From the UHGV virus genome UHGV-0428293: DNA of 43,928 bases. One strand, 5' to 3'. Each line of letters starts with the position of its first letter. The stretch's first letter is position 1. Positions 25,029 to 33,476 of this stretch are shown here, in pieces. The translations under genes were made by a program, and so were the position numbers. The notes under the pieces were generated by a model. The model did no database searches, was not told the DNA's origin, and saw nothing but the letters and a program-made list of their open reading frames with translations. Origin of the DNA: a virus.

Positions 25029-25499
25029 TTATTTCCCCTTTCCGCTTGGTGCTGTGCTGGAATCTAAAAGGCCGTATAATTCATCATATTTTGCCTTTAA
25101 ATCCTGATATTCGTTTCTGGTAACATATTTTTCATCCAGATTTTCAGCCGGTGCAGATTCCTTCTTCTGCCCATTGACAATCTCTTTATATTCAAAAGTG
25201 CGAAGTGTTGGCATTCCTGCCGCATCGGTTGTCTTAATATAAAAATACTCATTTTCACTATCCATCAGTAATATGGAAGTGCTGGGTGCTACTAAATATG
25301 ACTTTGCCCCGGCCTCACCCTGCACCCATAATATTCCCTGGTTGGTCTGCGGGACCTGTGGTACCTGCGTCTGTTGCGGCATCTGGTATGGTGCTTGTAG
25401 CTGCTGCAATCGGTCCATAGGTGGTTGCATCTGTGGTTGATATGGGTATGCGTTTGGATATGTATTCAGATAGTTTGGATTGATAAATGGTTGCGGCAT
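25029..25499 (-). CDS. Hypothetical protein with a Pro/Gln/Tyr-rich N-terminus and a small beta-barrel-like core (156 aa)
   Basis: ORF. Core GILWVQGEAGAKSYLVAPSTSILLMDSENEYFYIKTTD. Confidence 0.5.
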   Translation of the reverse strand: MPQPFINPNYLNTYPNAYPYQPQMQPPMDRLQQLQAPYQMPQQTQVPQVPQTNQGILWVQGEAGAKSYLVAPSTSILLMDSENEYFYIKTTDAAGMPTLRTFEYKEIVNGQKKESAPAENLDEKYVTRNEYQDLKAKYDELYGLLDSSTAPSGKGK

Positions 25500-25591
25500 T
25501 ATATCCCCTCCGTTCTTTTATAATCCAATTATCCCATAAAAAATAAGCCCTTGACAGGTCGTCAAAGACTTATAAAAGTATCATGCAAGTA

Positions 25592-25798
25592 TCAGCATAC
25601 TCTAATTATTTTATTGTTGACTTTTCGGCTCAATCTCTTTGCTGTAGACACACTGACATTCATTTGTTCTGCACATTGTTCCAGTGGCATGTTCTGTGCA
25701 CGTAATTCAAATAGCTGCCGCTCATCATTTGTGAAATTGCAGTATGTACGGAAATAGTTTAACTCTGGCACCGTAAAGTCATATACTTTCAAAAACAC
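25592..25798 (-). CDS. Sigma-70 region-4-like HTH-only protein (68 aa)
   Basis: LFELRAQNMPLEQCAEQMNVSVSTAKRLSRK is a region-4 / LuxR-type HTH. Too short for a full sigma factor. Confidence 0.5.
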   Translation of the reverse strand: MFLKVYDFTVPELNYFRTYCNFTNDERQLFELRAQNMPLEQCAEQMNVSVSTAKRLSRKVNNKIIRVC

Positions 25799-25806
25799 AC
25801 CTCTTA

Positions 25807-26112
25807 TTATTTCTGCGCAAGATACAAAATAAGTTTTTCTCTCGTTTTTTTTAACTGTTCAAGGTTGCTTCCAGGCCCCGCAATTTGGCTATCAAGCATC
25901 GTTAGCAGTACTTCAAGAATTAGCGAATCTCTTTCGGCATACTTCTTCATGACATCATAATCTCGTCTATCATGTTCCTCTAATATCTCTACACGCTTAT
26001 TCATTTTAATAGCAGGAGATATCCATTTATGTATTACAGCAAACCCACCACCTAAAACAGATATCGCTCCAAATATTGCCAAAACCGTTTTTCCAAACTC
26101 CATTATGTCCAT
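25807..26112 (-). CDS. Single-pass membrane protein with a coiled-coil C-terminus (101 aa)
   Basis: Start trimmed to ATG 26112 (RBS AAAGGTGA). TM segment VLAIFGAISVLGGGFAVI. Confidence 0.5.
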   Translation of the reverse strand: MDIMEFGKTVLAIFGAISVLGGGFAVIHKWISPAIKMNKRVEILEEHDRRDYDVMKKYAERDSLILEVLLTMLDSQIAGPGSNLEQLKKTREKLILYLAQK

Positions 26113-26116
26113 GTTA

Positions 26117-26494
26117 TCACCTTTCCCAGTAGTATATTGGTATTTCCTGCCCGCTGTCCCATGTGTCCCAGTAATAACCGTTCTGCACACACACCACATG
26201 CCCTGTAATTGCTAAAATGTATGTTCCCATAGGATTATCTTGGCAAAAGTCCTCGACCGTGTATACATCTTGTCCGTGGTCATCCACTATGTACCGTTTA
26301 AACCCATTCTGGCGTAGGTATGCACCCCACACATGATTGGCTGATGGCATATCAGATAGAGCACACGCACATACAGTCACTCCGGCAAATACCGTTTCCC
26401 AGTCGCTATCTAGGGCTTTGGTTATAGCCCGGATGGGGCAGTCCCCTACGCGGGCATTTTTAGGATTTGGATTGTATTGTTTCCATCTACTCAT
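26117..26494 (-). CDS. Papain-like cysteine peptidase (C39-like / BtrH-like fold), 125 aa
   Basis: Ordered Cys...His...Asp candidates: GDCPIRAITKAL, then TGHVVCVQNG, then YYWDTWDSG. Recalled resemblance to the Peptidase_C39_2-type domain. Confidence 0.45.
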   Translation of the reverse strand: MSRWKQYNPNPKNARVGDCPIRAITKALDSDWETVFAGVTVCACALSDMPSANHVWGAYLRQNGFKRYIVDDHGQDVYTVEDFCQDNPMGTYILAITGHVVCVQNGYYWDTWDSGQEIPIYYWER

Positions 26495-26706
26495 TATCTT
26501 GTTACCTCAAAACCCATATTATATAAGAGTTTACTGTATTCTTCCAATAACCGAAAGTATGAATTCCCCCACTCAACAGATGGATAATAAGAACTCGGTA
26601 TACCAATATAACCATTAGGAGAACTACAACATGTACACATTTCTGTACCATTGTTTGCACAATAATTGCAGTGTGTTGTTTCAAAATCAGAAAATTTAAC
26701 TTGCAT
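26494..26706 (-). CDS. Cys-rich small protein (70 aa)
   Basis: Start trimmed to ATG 26706 (RBS AAAGGAAAA), immediately after the upstream stop. Motif HCNYCANNGTEMCTCCSS. Ends where the peptidase gene begins. Confidence 0.45.
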   Translation of the reverse strand: MQVKFSDFETTHCNYCANNGTEMCTCCSSPNGYIGIPSSYYPSVEWGNSYFRLLEEYSKLLYNMGFEVTR

Positions 26707-26707
26707 T

Positions 26708-27145
26708 TTATTTTCCTTTCGCATTTTCATATCGTTTTGCTGCGCCCCTAGCCTTTGCCGCCTGCTCCCGGTTCCATCTGGCAATCTGTAGCCGTTCCTG
26801 CTGGGTGCGTAAGTCGTTTTCTTTACAAAATTCGTTATATGCCTTATTCTGCCACTGTAACAGATACGACTTGCGGTCAAGGTCTAACTGCATTTCAAAT
26901 TTAACTGATTCGTCCTTGCATTTATCCACGGCCTCCTGCATCCCCATGACTTCGCGTTTGGTCTTTCTGATGCGCCGTTCAAGCGTTCTCTGCCGCTTCT
27001 CCAGCTGCTCAACCTTGTAATTGTCTGCGGTTTGGATGTCCTTATAAGGGTTTCCCTTCCCCTCATAATATGGGCCGAAACTATGACGTTCGACAGTTTG
27101 CCCCGCAAATCCCGTCAACCTTTCCCCAACCACAGGTATCAACAA
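26708..27145 (-). CDS. Coiled-coil hypothetical protein (145 aa)
   Basis: Charged heptad-rich C-terminal half. Confidence 0.5.
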   Translation of the reverse strand: MLIPVVGERLTGFAGQTVERHSFGPYYEGKGNPYKDIQTADNYKVEQLEKRQRTLERRIRKTKREVMGMQEAVDKCKDESVKFEMQLDLDRKSYLLQWQNKAYNEFCKENDLRTQQERLQIARWNREQAAKARGAAKRYENAKGK

Positions 27146-27167
27146 AATCTGGATACAAACTACTCAT

Positions 27168-27845
27168 TTAATCATCCCCCTTCTTTATCCAATATTTTTC
27201 TTCGGCTTTTTCTCTCGCCTCTATGGCTTCATCAAGATTATAAAAATACCCTAGATGAATATTGTTTCCGTTTACCATAATGCACGACCTATACTTTATT
27301 TCCCCTGTTCTAGTGGTGACTTTTGTAACGCCAGACTTTCCCGTTCTGCTGTCTTTTCTTGTTCCCCTATTCCAACAGTTTTCCTGATGTGTTATCCAAC
27401 GACAATTATCTGGGGAATACCCCTTGTCATTATCTTTTCTGTCAAGCGTCAAATTATCTGCATACCCATTTTCCATAGACCATTTATAAAAATTGAGAAA
27501 ACCATTCTCCCCTTGCCACTCATCACATACCTTAATACCTCGTCCTCCATAATTTTCATAGTGTGAGGCAGAAGGATTTTTGCACCGATGAAGTATCCCT
27601 CTCCATTCTTTGTGTATTCTGCTTTTGGATTTTCCGTGAACTAAAGAAGCTTTTGAAATACGTTCTTTTTTTAAACATCCGCATGATTGCGTATGTCCTG
27701 TAGTAAGTTTAGCCGTATCAACAAAAACTATATTCCCACATTCACACTTACACTTCCACTTGTGTATCCAGTTTTCGTGTGTACCATCACCAATCACTGT
27801 AAGTCTGCCAAATTTCTGACCTATAAGATTTCTTTTAGTTCCCAT
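27168..27845 (-). CDS. HNH homing-type endonuclease with NUMOD4-like zinc finger and AP2 DNA-binding domain
   Basis: N-terminus GQKFGRLTVIG...KCECGN...SCGC, HNH core GYSPDNCRWITHQEN, AP2-like GVTKVTTRTGEIKYRSCIMVNGNNIHLGYFYNLDEAIEAREKA. Confidence 0.8.
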   Translation of the reverse strand: MGTKRNLIGQKFGRLTVIGDGTHENWIHKWKCKCECGNIVFVDTAKLTTGHTQSCGCLKKERISKASLVHGKSKSRIHKEWRGILHRCKNPSASHYENYGGRGIKVCDEWQGENGFLNFYKWSMENGYADNLTLDRKDNDKGYSPDNCRWITHQENCWNRGTRKDSRTGKSGVTKVTTRTGEIKYRSCIMVNGNNIHLGYFYNLDEAIEAREKAEEKYWIKKGDD

Positions 27846-27854
27846 TCCGTTCTC

Positions 27855-27931
27855 CTTTATACGTATATACTCCTTTACGTATATTGTACCATATTTCCAA
27901 CTTTACGTCCATACGTATTTATGGTATATTC
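27855..27931. repeat. Direct repeats CTTTACGTATAT (x2-3) plus the palindrome TATACGTATA in the HNH/RHH divergent promoter region
   Basis: CCTTTATACGTATATAC at 27855..27870, CCTTTACGTATATTG at 27872..27886, CTTTACGTCCATACGTATTT at 27901..27920. Candidate promoter TTTACG-17-TATATT lies just before the RHH gene. Confidence 0.4.
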
Positions 27932-27948
27932 ATATTAGGAGGTGCGAT

Positions 27949-28092
27949 ATGAGCAAAGTCAAATTCACAACCACGATAGACGAAGGTCTTTTGGAACAAA
28001 TCAAAATCTTGGCAGTCAAGGAAAAATGTTCTGTATCTGCTATATTAGAACGGCTCATAAAGGAGCATTTGGGAAAGCCGGAGAGGGATTAA
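27949..28092 (+). CDS. Ribbon-helix-helix (CopG/Arc-like) DNA-binding protein (47 aa)
   Basis: Not in the ORF track because it is under 60 aa. GGAGG lies 6 nt before the ATG. KVKFTTTIDEGLLEQIKILAVKEKCSVSAILERLIKEHL has the beta-strand then two helices of the RHH fold. The only plus-strand gene in this module. Its 3' end overlaps the gp7-like stop. Confidence 0.55.
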   Translation: MSKVKFTTTIDEGLLEQIKILAVKEKCSVSAILERLIKEHLGKPERD

Positions 28093-28895
28093 GCACCCTC
28101 TCTTTTCTTTGCCTTTTCAACCTTATCCCAATCCACAGAATATATCCCTGCTTGCCAGTATAAGTGATTTGTATGGTCTGGCCCTCCTGACCCAGTACGC
28201 GCGCCTATATGAGCCGAGGTCAACACCAACGAACAACCCATTTCTTTCATTCTTGCAAGCGTTATGTCCGCGCACGCCTGAGCCACCCCGGTGCGTACCG
28301 CGCGCGCTGTAGCAGTTTCTATAGTGTCTTTATGACCTGAAGGGTAATGTATTACTACTCCGACCGATACCACATTATTAACTGCTTCTTTGACAGCCTG
28401 TGTGTACGATACAGCCCCAGAAGATACAAGGTGGTATGCATTATCACATTCGTTTATAAAAAGCCTTTGTGCGGCTTCTGCTGTGGTCCTAGTATAGTTT
28501 TTCCACTCTCCCATTGTTGCATCCATGTTTCGTTCCATCAATCGAATAAGCTGCGGAGATTGTGTAAGCGGTGTTGGAGACAAACCAGCAGCCTCATATA
28601 TTTTATGGTCGTATTCCAGGGCCTTGACTCCAGCTTCTTCCATTGCGGCCTTGATTTCTTTTTCCTGTCGATTAGTGATTTTGGATAACTCTGCCGTTAT
28701 GTCCTCCAGCAGATATCCTGCATCCTGCAATATCTGTATTCGCCATCGGTCAGAGGAGGTGAGCAGGTAATCATCGCCGCGGCCTATGCGTATCATCATG
28801 CGGTCTATTATCTGACGGATAATGTATGTATGAAGCTGGGAGGCTATTTCTTCGCTTCCTTCTGCGATTCTTGCAAGGTAATCAGGGCTTAACAT
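28089..28895 (-). CDS. Head morphogenesis protein (SPP1 gp7 / MuF-like minor capsid protein)
   Basis: Position directly after the portal gene. Recalled MuF-family pattern. Confidence 0.65.
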   Translation of the reverse strand: MLSPDYLARIAEGSEEIASQLHTYIIRQIIDRMMIRIGRGDDYLLTSSDRWRIQILQDAGYLLEDITAELSKITNRQEKEIKAAMEEAGVKALEYDHKIYEAAGLSPTPLTQSPQLIRLMERNMDATMGEWKNYTRTTAEAAQRLFINECDNAYHLVSSGAVSYTQAVKEAVNNVVSVGVVIHYPSGHKDTIETATARAVRTGVAQACADITLARMKEMGCSLVLTSAHIGARTGSGGPDHTNHLYWQAGIYSVDWDKVEKAKKREGA

Positions 28896-29001
28896 TTACT
28901 CTTCCTTCTTTCCCTTATGTCTAATCGACCATTCAAATACTTTCGGGGCAAATGGACCAAGTGGTATATTGAATACTATCCAAATTAATAAGCTTCTCAA
29001 T

Positions 29002-30429
29002 TTATTCCTCCTCAAACATCCTAGGTCCATCCTTCGGCTGTGCTTCCTTTACCATAGCTTTTGCATCTTCTTCAGATAATCCTTCAAACTTTCTAAAATA
29101 CATCCAGGCCGGCACCTTTCCCTGCACAACATACTGCCACCATCTTGCCCGGTCCTCTTCACGGTTGTATGTAATGTCCCCAAAATCATATGTTATTTCG
29201 TAGTTTCCGGCTGGTGCCAGTCCGTACAGGTCAGCATATACATTGAGCGCATATATTGCCCCGTCAAGACAACTTTCCAGTTTGTCGCGCACATCCTTGA
29301 TTAGCTGTATGGTTCTCCTGTCGTCAGCCTCTACCTGTGTGGCTGTGACCATTCCTGTTTTTTCATCAAGCACAAAATACCCATTGGAATATCCGCACTT
29401 GAATCCAATAAATGAAAGAAGATTATTAATTCCAGTAAGTCTTATATCAGTATTTAACGATGGATTAATCTCATGGTAAAATTCTCCATTACTATTTCCA
29501 AATACATTTCTTACATAATGGGGTAATTTAACTTTATTTACTCCTGGGCGTTTTAAATTTCTTCCATCACCAAGCATTAATTGGTCATCAATTAATATGA
29601 TTTTCTCACTGTCAAATATTTCACCTACATTCCGGCTATATGCCACATCCAGGTCCTTTAATTCTTCTATGGCCTCGGCAAACATTGGCAATCCCAAAGG
29701 TGATGAGATATCCAAATTGTTAGCCTGTGGAGTGCGGAGTACACCAAACATGGGGCCATCTATTTTATCATTGTTTGCTTTAAGTATAGGTGGAGTCTCT
29801 GGAAGTAAGTCGGACCACTTAGTCCTGTTTAATGCTATCGGTTCCCCCACGCTTTTTGCAGAGTGAGACACATAGGCTCTATTGGATATGTAATATGGGT
29901 AATAGGTGTTCTCCCCATCCTTAACCTCAACAAACCGATGATACTCAAATCTGGTATAATACTTATCATTTTCGCTGTAACTATCCTTGAACACAATCCC
30001 ATAGATACCTTCATTATCGCAATCCGTAATGATAAAATCCATAGGTGTGAATATGTCCAGTCCCTTACCATTTGGCTTAAGGATGATTGTACCGTAGGCC
30101 ATACCATATTCTACCCAGTGACGAATCTGGAAATATATCTTATCAATCTGCTCCTGGAGCCATGCCGCCCGCGCGCTCCCATCAATCTGTATTCCAATTG
30201 CCAGGGTAGCAAGGCGGGCCGTCTCCGAGCATATAGCCTTTGCAAAGTTGATTGTCTTAACGTTATCATCAGCATTCACCCAATAGGGAGTACCCCGGTA
30301 GATATTGGCGCACTCTGTAATCTTGCTTTCCATCTCCGGGGATACCACCGATTCAACATTGAAATCTTCTTCTGCCTGTCGCTTGAATATCATTCCTATC
30401 ACCTTTTTAGCCCATGTTATTAGTCCCAT
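29002..30429 (-). CDS. Portal protein (475 aa)
   Basis: Size and position immediately downstream of TerL. Typical SPP1/PBSX-type portal composition. Confidence 0.8.
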   Translation of the reverse strand: MGLITWAKKVIGMIFKRQAEEDFNVESVVSPEMESKITECANIYRGTPYWVNADDNVKTINFAKAICSETARLATLAIGIQIDGSARAAWLQEQIDKIYFQIRHWVEYGMAYGTIILKPNGKGLDIFTPMDFIITDCDNEGIYGIVFKDSYSENDKYYTRFEYHRFVEVKDGENTYYPYYISNRAYVSHSAKSVGEPIALNRTKWSDLLPETPPILKANNDKIDGPMFGVLRTPQANNLDISSPLGLPMFAEAIEELKDLDVAYSRNVGEIFDSEKIILIDDQLMLGDGRNLKRPGVNKVKLPHYVRNVFGNSNGEFYHEINPSLNTDIRLTGINNLLSFIGFKCGYSNGYFVLDEKTGMVTATQVEADDRRTIQLIKDVRDKLESCLDGAIYALNVYADLYGLAPAGNYEITYDFGDITYNREEDRARWWQYVVQGKVPAWMYFRKFEGLSEEDAKAMVKEAQPKDGPRMFEEE

Positions 30430-30605
30430 TTACTCACCCGAAATAAATTCTACATCCTTAAACTTAGCCAAAACCTTAATGTTTTTTCTAAGTAAATACG
30501 GTTTTTCATCGTCATACTCTATATCAACAAATCCATCCTCGATAAGTATTCTTTTAATATTTTTCACTTCAATAACATCTTCTTTTATTTTTATAGATTT
30601 TAGCA
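30430..30605 (-). CDS. Possible 58-aa ORF between TerL and portal
   Basis: Not in the ORF track because it is under 60 aa. The ATG overlaps the TerL stop (TAATG) and its stop abuts the portal ATG (TAAATG). No RBS of its own. Confidence 0.3.
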
Positions 30606-31865
30606 TTACGCGCTATTCCCCCTCCGCATAGATAATGGACTTGTGGCATATCGGAGTGCATCAATCCAGTGGTCGTTTCCATCCGGGTAATCCGCTATTA
30701 CTTCTCCGTTTCCGTCTACCTCATGCTCATACTCTATTATTTCCTTGTATGCTCGTGGCGTGCGGGCCGGGTCTATAACGATTGTACGGCACTGCAACCA
30801 CTCAAAGGTATATTTCCTGCTTCCTGGTGTTACAATGGCTCTACGTGCCGGTAAACCAGCGTCACGGAAGTCTATAATGCTTTCTTCTTCATCCACACCG
30901 CAATAGATTGTATAATCATCGTACCCAGCCTCCCGTATATCCTCCGCCATCTTACTATTACGGATTTTACAGCCGCCCATTTCATCAAGCAGCACAACCA
31001 ATTCCTTGTTTGGTATGTAAGCGGCACGGATAAAGGCTTTGGGGTCCGGGAACCAGCCCCAGTCTTGCCCCTGGTATATGCTTTGATATCCCTTGATTTC
31101 ATCATCCGTAATGGTCCTCACATCCAGCATATCAAATATATTTGTGCCAAGCCCAACCGGCAAACCTAAATACTCATGATTATATGCCCGCTCATTGGTG
31201 GCTTTAAGATGTTCTGCGCGCTCAATAAACATTTCTCCCAGCCATTCAACCGGAACAGAACGGTAATCGCTTTTATGCCTATACGCGCTATCGTCTTGAG
31301 TATTTACATACTGATTCGCCCAGTTGCTTTGACTGATAGGCGGATTAAAGGATTTAAATACAGCAAACTTGCTGCCACCACGCAATACTGACTGCTCAAC
31401 AGTTCGTATTTCCTCCGGTCCTGCAAATTCGTCCAGTTCCTCAAACCATAGATATTTAAAGTATCCCTTACTTGCCTTTATAGACTTTGTTTTTTTGGCT
31501 TTATCAAGTCCACGGAATATTATTTTTTGTCCTGTCGGCTTATAAACAAATCGGTATGGGCTTGTACGCGATTCCCACAAATCTGTTACGCCTAATGCAT
31601 CTATGGCCCACTGTATCTGCTCAAATACTGATTCCCCAATTGTAACAGCGTACTTTCGGAATATAACAGCACTGGCCTCTGGGTCATCCATCATACCCAA
31701 AACAATCTCCACAGATATGAAAGAGGACTTCGTGGAACCTCTCCCTCCGTACAGGTCATAATATGTATGCTTTCCGTCCATAATATCCCAGTGAACACCA
31801 TAGAAGGAAGGGGCGATTACATCAGTCAGATTTATTGTTGTCTGGTCTTGGTATGTTGTTGACAA
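30606..31865 (-). CDS. terL: Terminase large subunit (PBSX / Terminase_3-like)
   Basis: Walker A-like YGGRGSTKS near the N-terminus and a nuclease-domain acidic C-terminus. Overlaps TerS by 44 nt. Confidence 0.85.
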   Translation of the reverse strand: MSTTYQDQTTINLTDVIAPSFYGVHWDIMDGKHTYYDLYGGRGSTKSSFISVEIVLGMMDDPEASAVIFRKYAVTIGESVFEQIQWAIDALGVTDLWESRTSPYRFVYKPTGQKIIFRGLDKAKKTKSIKASKGYFKYLWFEELDEFAGPEEIRTVEQSVLRGGSKFAVFKSFNPPISQSNWANQYVNTQDDSAYRHKSDYRSVPVEWLGEMFIERAEHLKATNERAYNHEYLGLPVGLGTNIFDMLDVRTITDDEIKGYQSIYQGQDWGWFPDPKAFIRAAYIPNKELVVLLDEMGGCKIRNSKMAEDIREAGYDDYTIYCGVDEEESIIDFRDAGLPARRAIVTPGSRKYTFEWLQCRTIVIDPARTPRAYKEIIEYEHEVDGNGEVIADYPDGNDHWIDALRYATSPLSMRRGNSA

Positions 31866-32220
31866 TTGTAATCCCGCCGCCCTCCTGCTTCTTATCTGTA
31901 TCTATCTTGCGCTTTGCCAGCTCCACCGCCGCTTTGGTCCTCTCTGCCAGCGGAGCATCAAGTCCGAATTGGTCCTTGACCTCTCCACGCATTACGGAGG
32001 TAAAATATTGCAGTATTTCAGCGGCATCAGCTATACGGGAATCGTCAATCTGTTTTTGGCGCTCTGAGATATATTTAATAACATTAGGTTTTTTAAGGTT
32101 TTCATTGCCTATTACTGCCGCCGTCCGTTCCGAATAACCAGCTCTCCTTGCCGATTCTGTCTGATTCCCGCACTCTATATAGTAATCCGCAAACGCTTTC
32201 TGCTTCGGTGTAAGTTTCAC
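31822..32220 (-). CDS. terS: Terminase small subunit
   Basis: N-terminus MKLTPKQKAFADYYIECGNQTESARRAGYS is characteristic of the Terminase_2-type small subunit. Confidence 0.75.
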   Translation of the reverse strand: MKLTPKQKAFADYYIECGNQTESARRAGYSERTAAVIGNENLKKPNVIKYISERQKQIDDSRIADAAEILQYFTSVMRGEVKDQFGLDAPLAERTKAAVELAKRKIDTDKKQEGGGITIVNNIPRPDNNKSD

Positions 32221-32400
32221 TTAACCACCGTCCTTACAATTCCATTTATCAATCTTAGGGCATCCAGAAGGATATATACCTAACATGGTTGATGTCAGCA
32301 CAGGAGAATTGCACGCCGGATTTTTACAAAACCATGTACTATCATATTTACATTGTGTTCCTTTTTCTCCTGTTCCTTTGCAAGCTATGATTTCTCCCAT
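32221..32400 (-). CDS. Cys-rich small protein (59 aa) just upstream of terS
   Basis: GGGAGG lies 7 nt before the ATG at 32400. Seven Cys (CKGTGEKGTQCKYDSTWFCKNPACN...CPKIDKWNC). Confidence 0.4.
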   Translation of the reverse strand: MGEIIACKGTGEKGTQCKYDSTWFCKNPACNSPVLTSTMLGIYPSGCPKIDKWNCKDGG

Positions 32401-32651
32401 GTTTTTACCGCCTCCCATATCTCCTGCAAGCACTTCACAATCTCAATCCCCGATGCACTCCGCAGTATCTCATAATCCCTGGTTTTCCACTCCCCATGCT
32501 TATCCTGTTGTAGTACAGGGGTGCTTAATATCCATATGGTTATCATGCGCCCCTGTTCCTCGCTGTAGAATTGGCTGGTAGATATCTTGATTACAAGTCT
32601 GGTCTGCAATATGGCGCGCTGGAGCTTTTTCATAATTGAACTAAGATTCAT
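32385..32651 (-). CDS. Hypothetical protein (88 aa) at the position where late-gene activators usually sit; start uncertain
   Basis: ORF upstream of terS. No confident motif match. Confidence 0.35.
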   Translation of the reverse strand: MNLSSIMKKLQRAILQTRLVIKISTSQFYSEEQGRMITIWILSTPVLQQDKHGEWKTRDYEILRSASGIEIVKCLQEIWEAVKTWEKS

Positions 32652-32832
32652 CTTTGCTTTCTGCCTCACGGTATTCTTTGCATACTTCCATGTGTGCACA
32701 CCAGATAGTTGCAGTCGTAGATTTTACCACACTAGATTCCAGCATATTTCTATATGATGTAACTATGTTTTCGGCTTTTACGTCAATGTGAATACAGTTT
32801 TCACAGCATTCCTTCAATAGATTAATAATCAT
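32641..32832 (-). CDS. Cys-rich hypothetical protein (63 aa)
   Basis: ORF. CCENC...C...C. Confidence 0.35.
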   Translation of the reverse strand: MIINLLKECCENCIHIDVKAENIVTSYRNMLESSVVKSTTATIWCAHMEVCKEYREAESKDES

Positions 32833-32905
32833 GTTTTCCCCATGCGGTATAATAGTCCTATACTAATTTTACCATGAGTAGGGCAATCAAACCGTCCCTC
32901 CATTT

Positions 32906-33175
32906 TTACATATTTTTAAGTTGGGTAATCGAAATACCTAACGCATTTGCTATTTTTTGTAATGATTCAATTTTTGGATTTCTATCGCCAGATTCATATT
33001 TCTGTCTGGGAAGTGAATGGTTATTTTCATATCTACGAATCTGTACTTCGTGAATTCCGCTTTCGATAGCAAGCTTTTTTTGCGTCCATCCCTTATTTTT
33101 TCTTAGAATACGAATGCTATCACCAATTCGTAATAACTCGCTTGCCTTTATATGACCAATTGTCATCCTTTCCAC
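32906..33175 (-). CDS. XRE-family HTH regulator (89 aa)
   Basis: KGWTQKKLAIESGIHEVQIRRYENNHSLP is an XRE HTH. Confidence 0.65.
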   Translation of the reverse strand: MERMTIGHIKASELLRIGDSIRILRKNKGWTQKKLAIESGIHEVQIRRYENNHSLPRQKYESGDRNPKIESLQKIANALGISITQLKNM

Positions 33176-33465
33176 CTCCCAAACAATGTCATCAACCGCC
33201 TATATTCATCCAACGTTTTTCTTTGATACCCATAAAAATCATCCCTTTTGATTGGTATATTCTTTCTCTTGCTCAGTTTGTCATATCCGATATTACTTAC
33301 AAGGCTTTCGTATATCTCCACCTCCAGGCCAGGAGCCGATGATATGGCGCACTGGAACAATGTTAGCTTATCTTCTATGCTGGCGGTCTGGCAGTATTCT
33401 TTTATGCGTTTGGCTTCATCATCGGTAATGCCATAATCACTATAGTACTTGTCCCTGGTCCTCAT
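33163..33465 (-). CDS. Hypothetical protein (100 aa) between the recombinase and the XRE regulator
   Basis: ORF coupled to neighbours by short overlaps. Confidence 0.45.
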   Translation of the reverse strand: MRTRDKYYSDYGITDDEAKRIKEYCQTASIEDKLTLFQCAISSAPGLEVEIYESLVSNIGYDKLSKRKNIPIKRDDFYGYQRKTLDEYRRLMTLFGRWKG

Positions 33466-33476
33466 AGCCCTCCTTC

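Noticed and set aside
26494-26880. 128-aa version of the Cys-rich ORF overlapping the upstream coiled-coil gene by 172 nt
   Set aside because: An internal ATG at 26706 has an RBS and begins right after the upstream stop, so the long N-terminal extension is unnecessary.
29863-30423. 186-aa plus ORF antisense to the portal gene
   Set aside because: Ile/Leu-rich shadow frame nested in a confident portal CDS.
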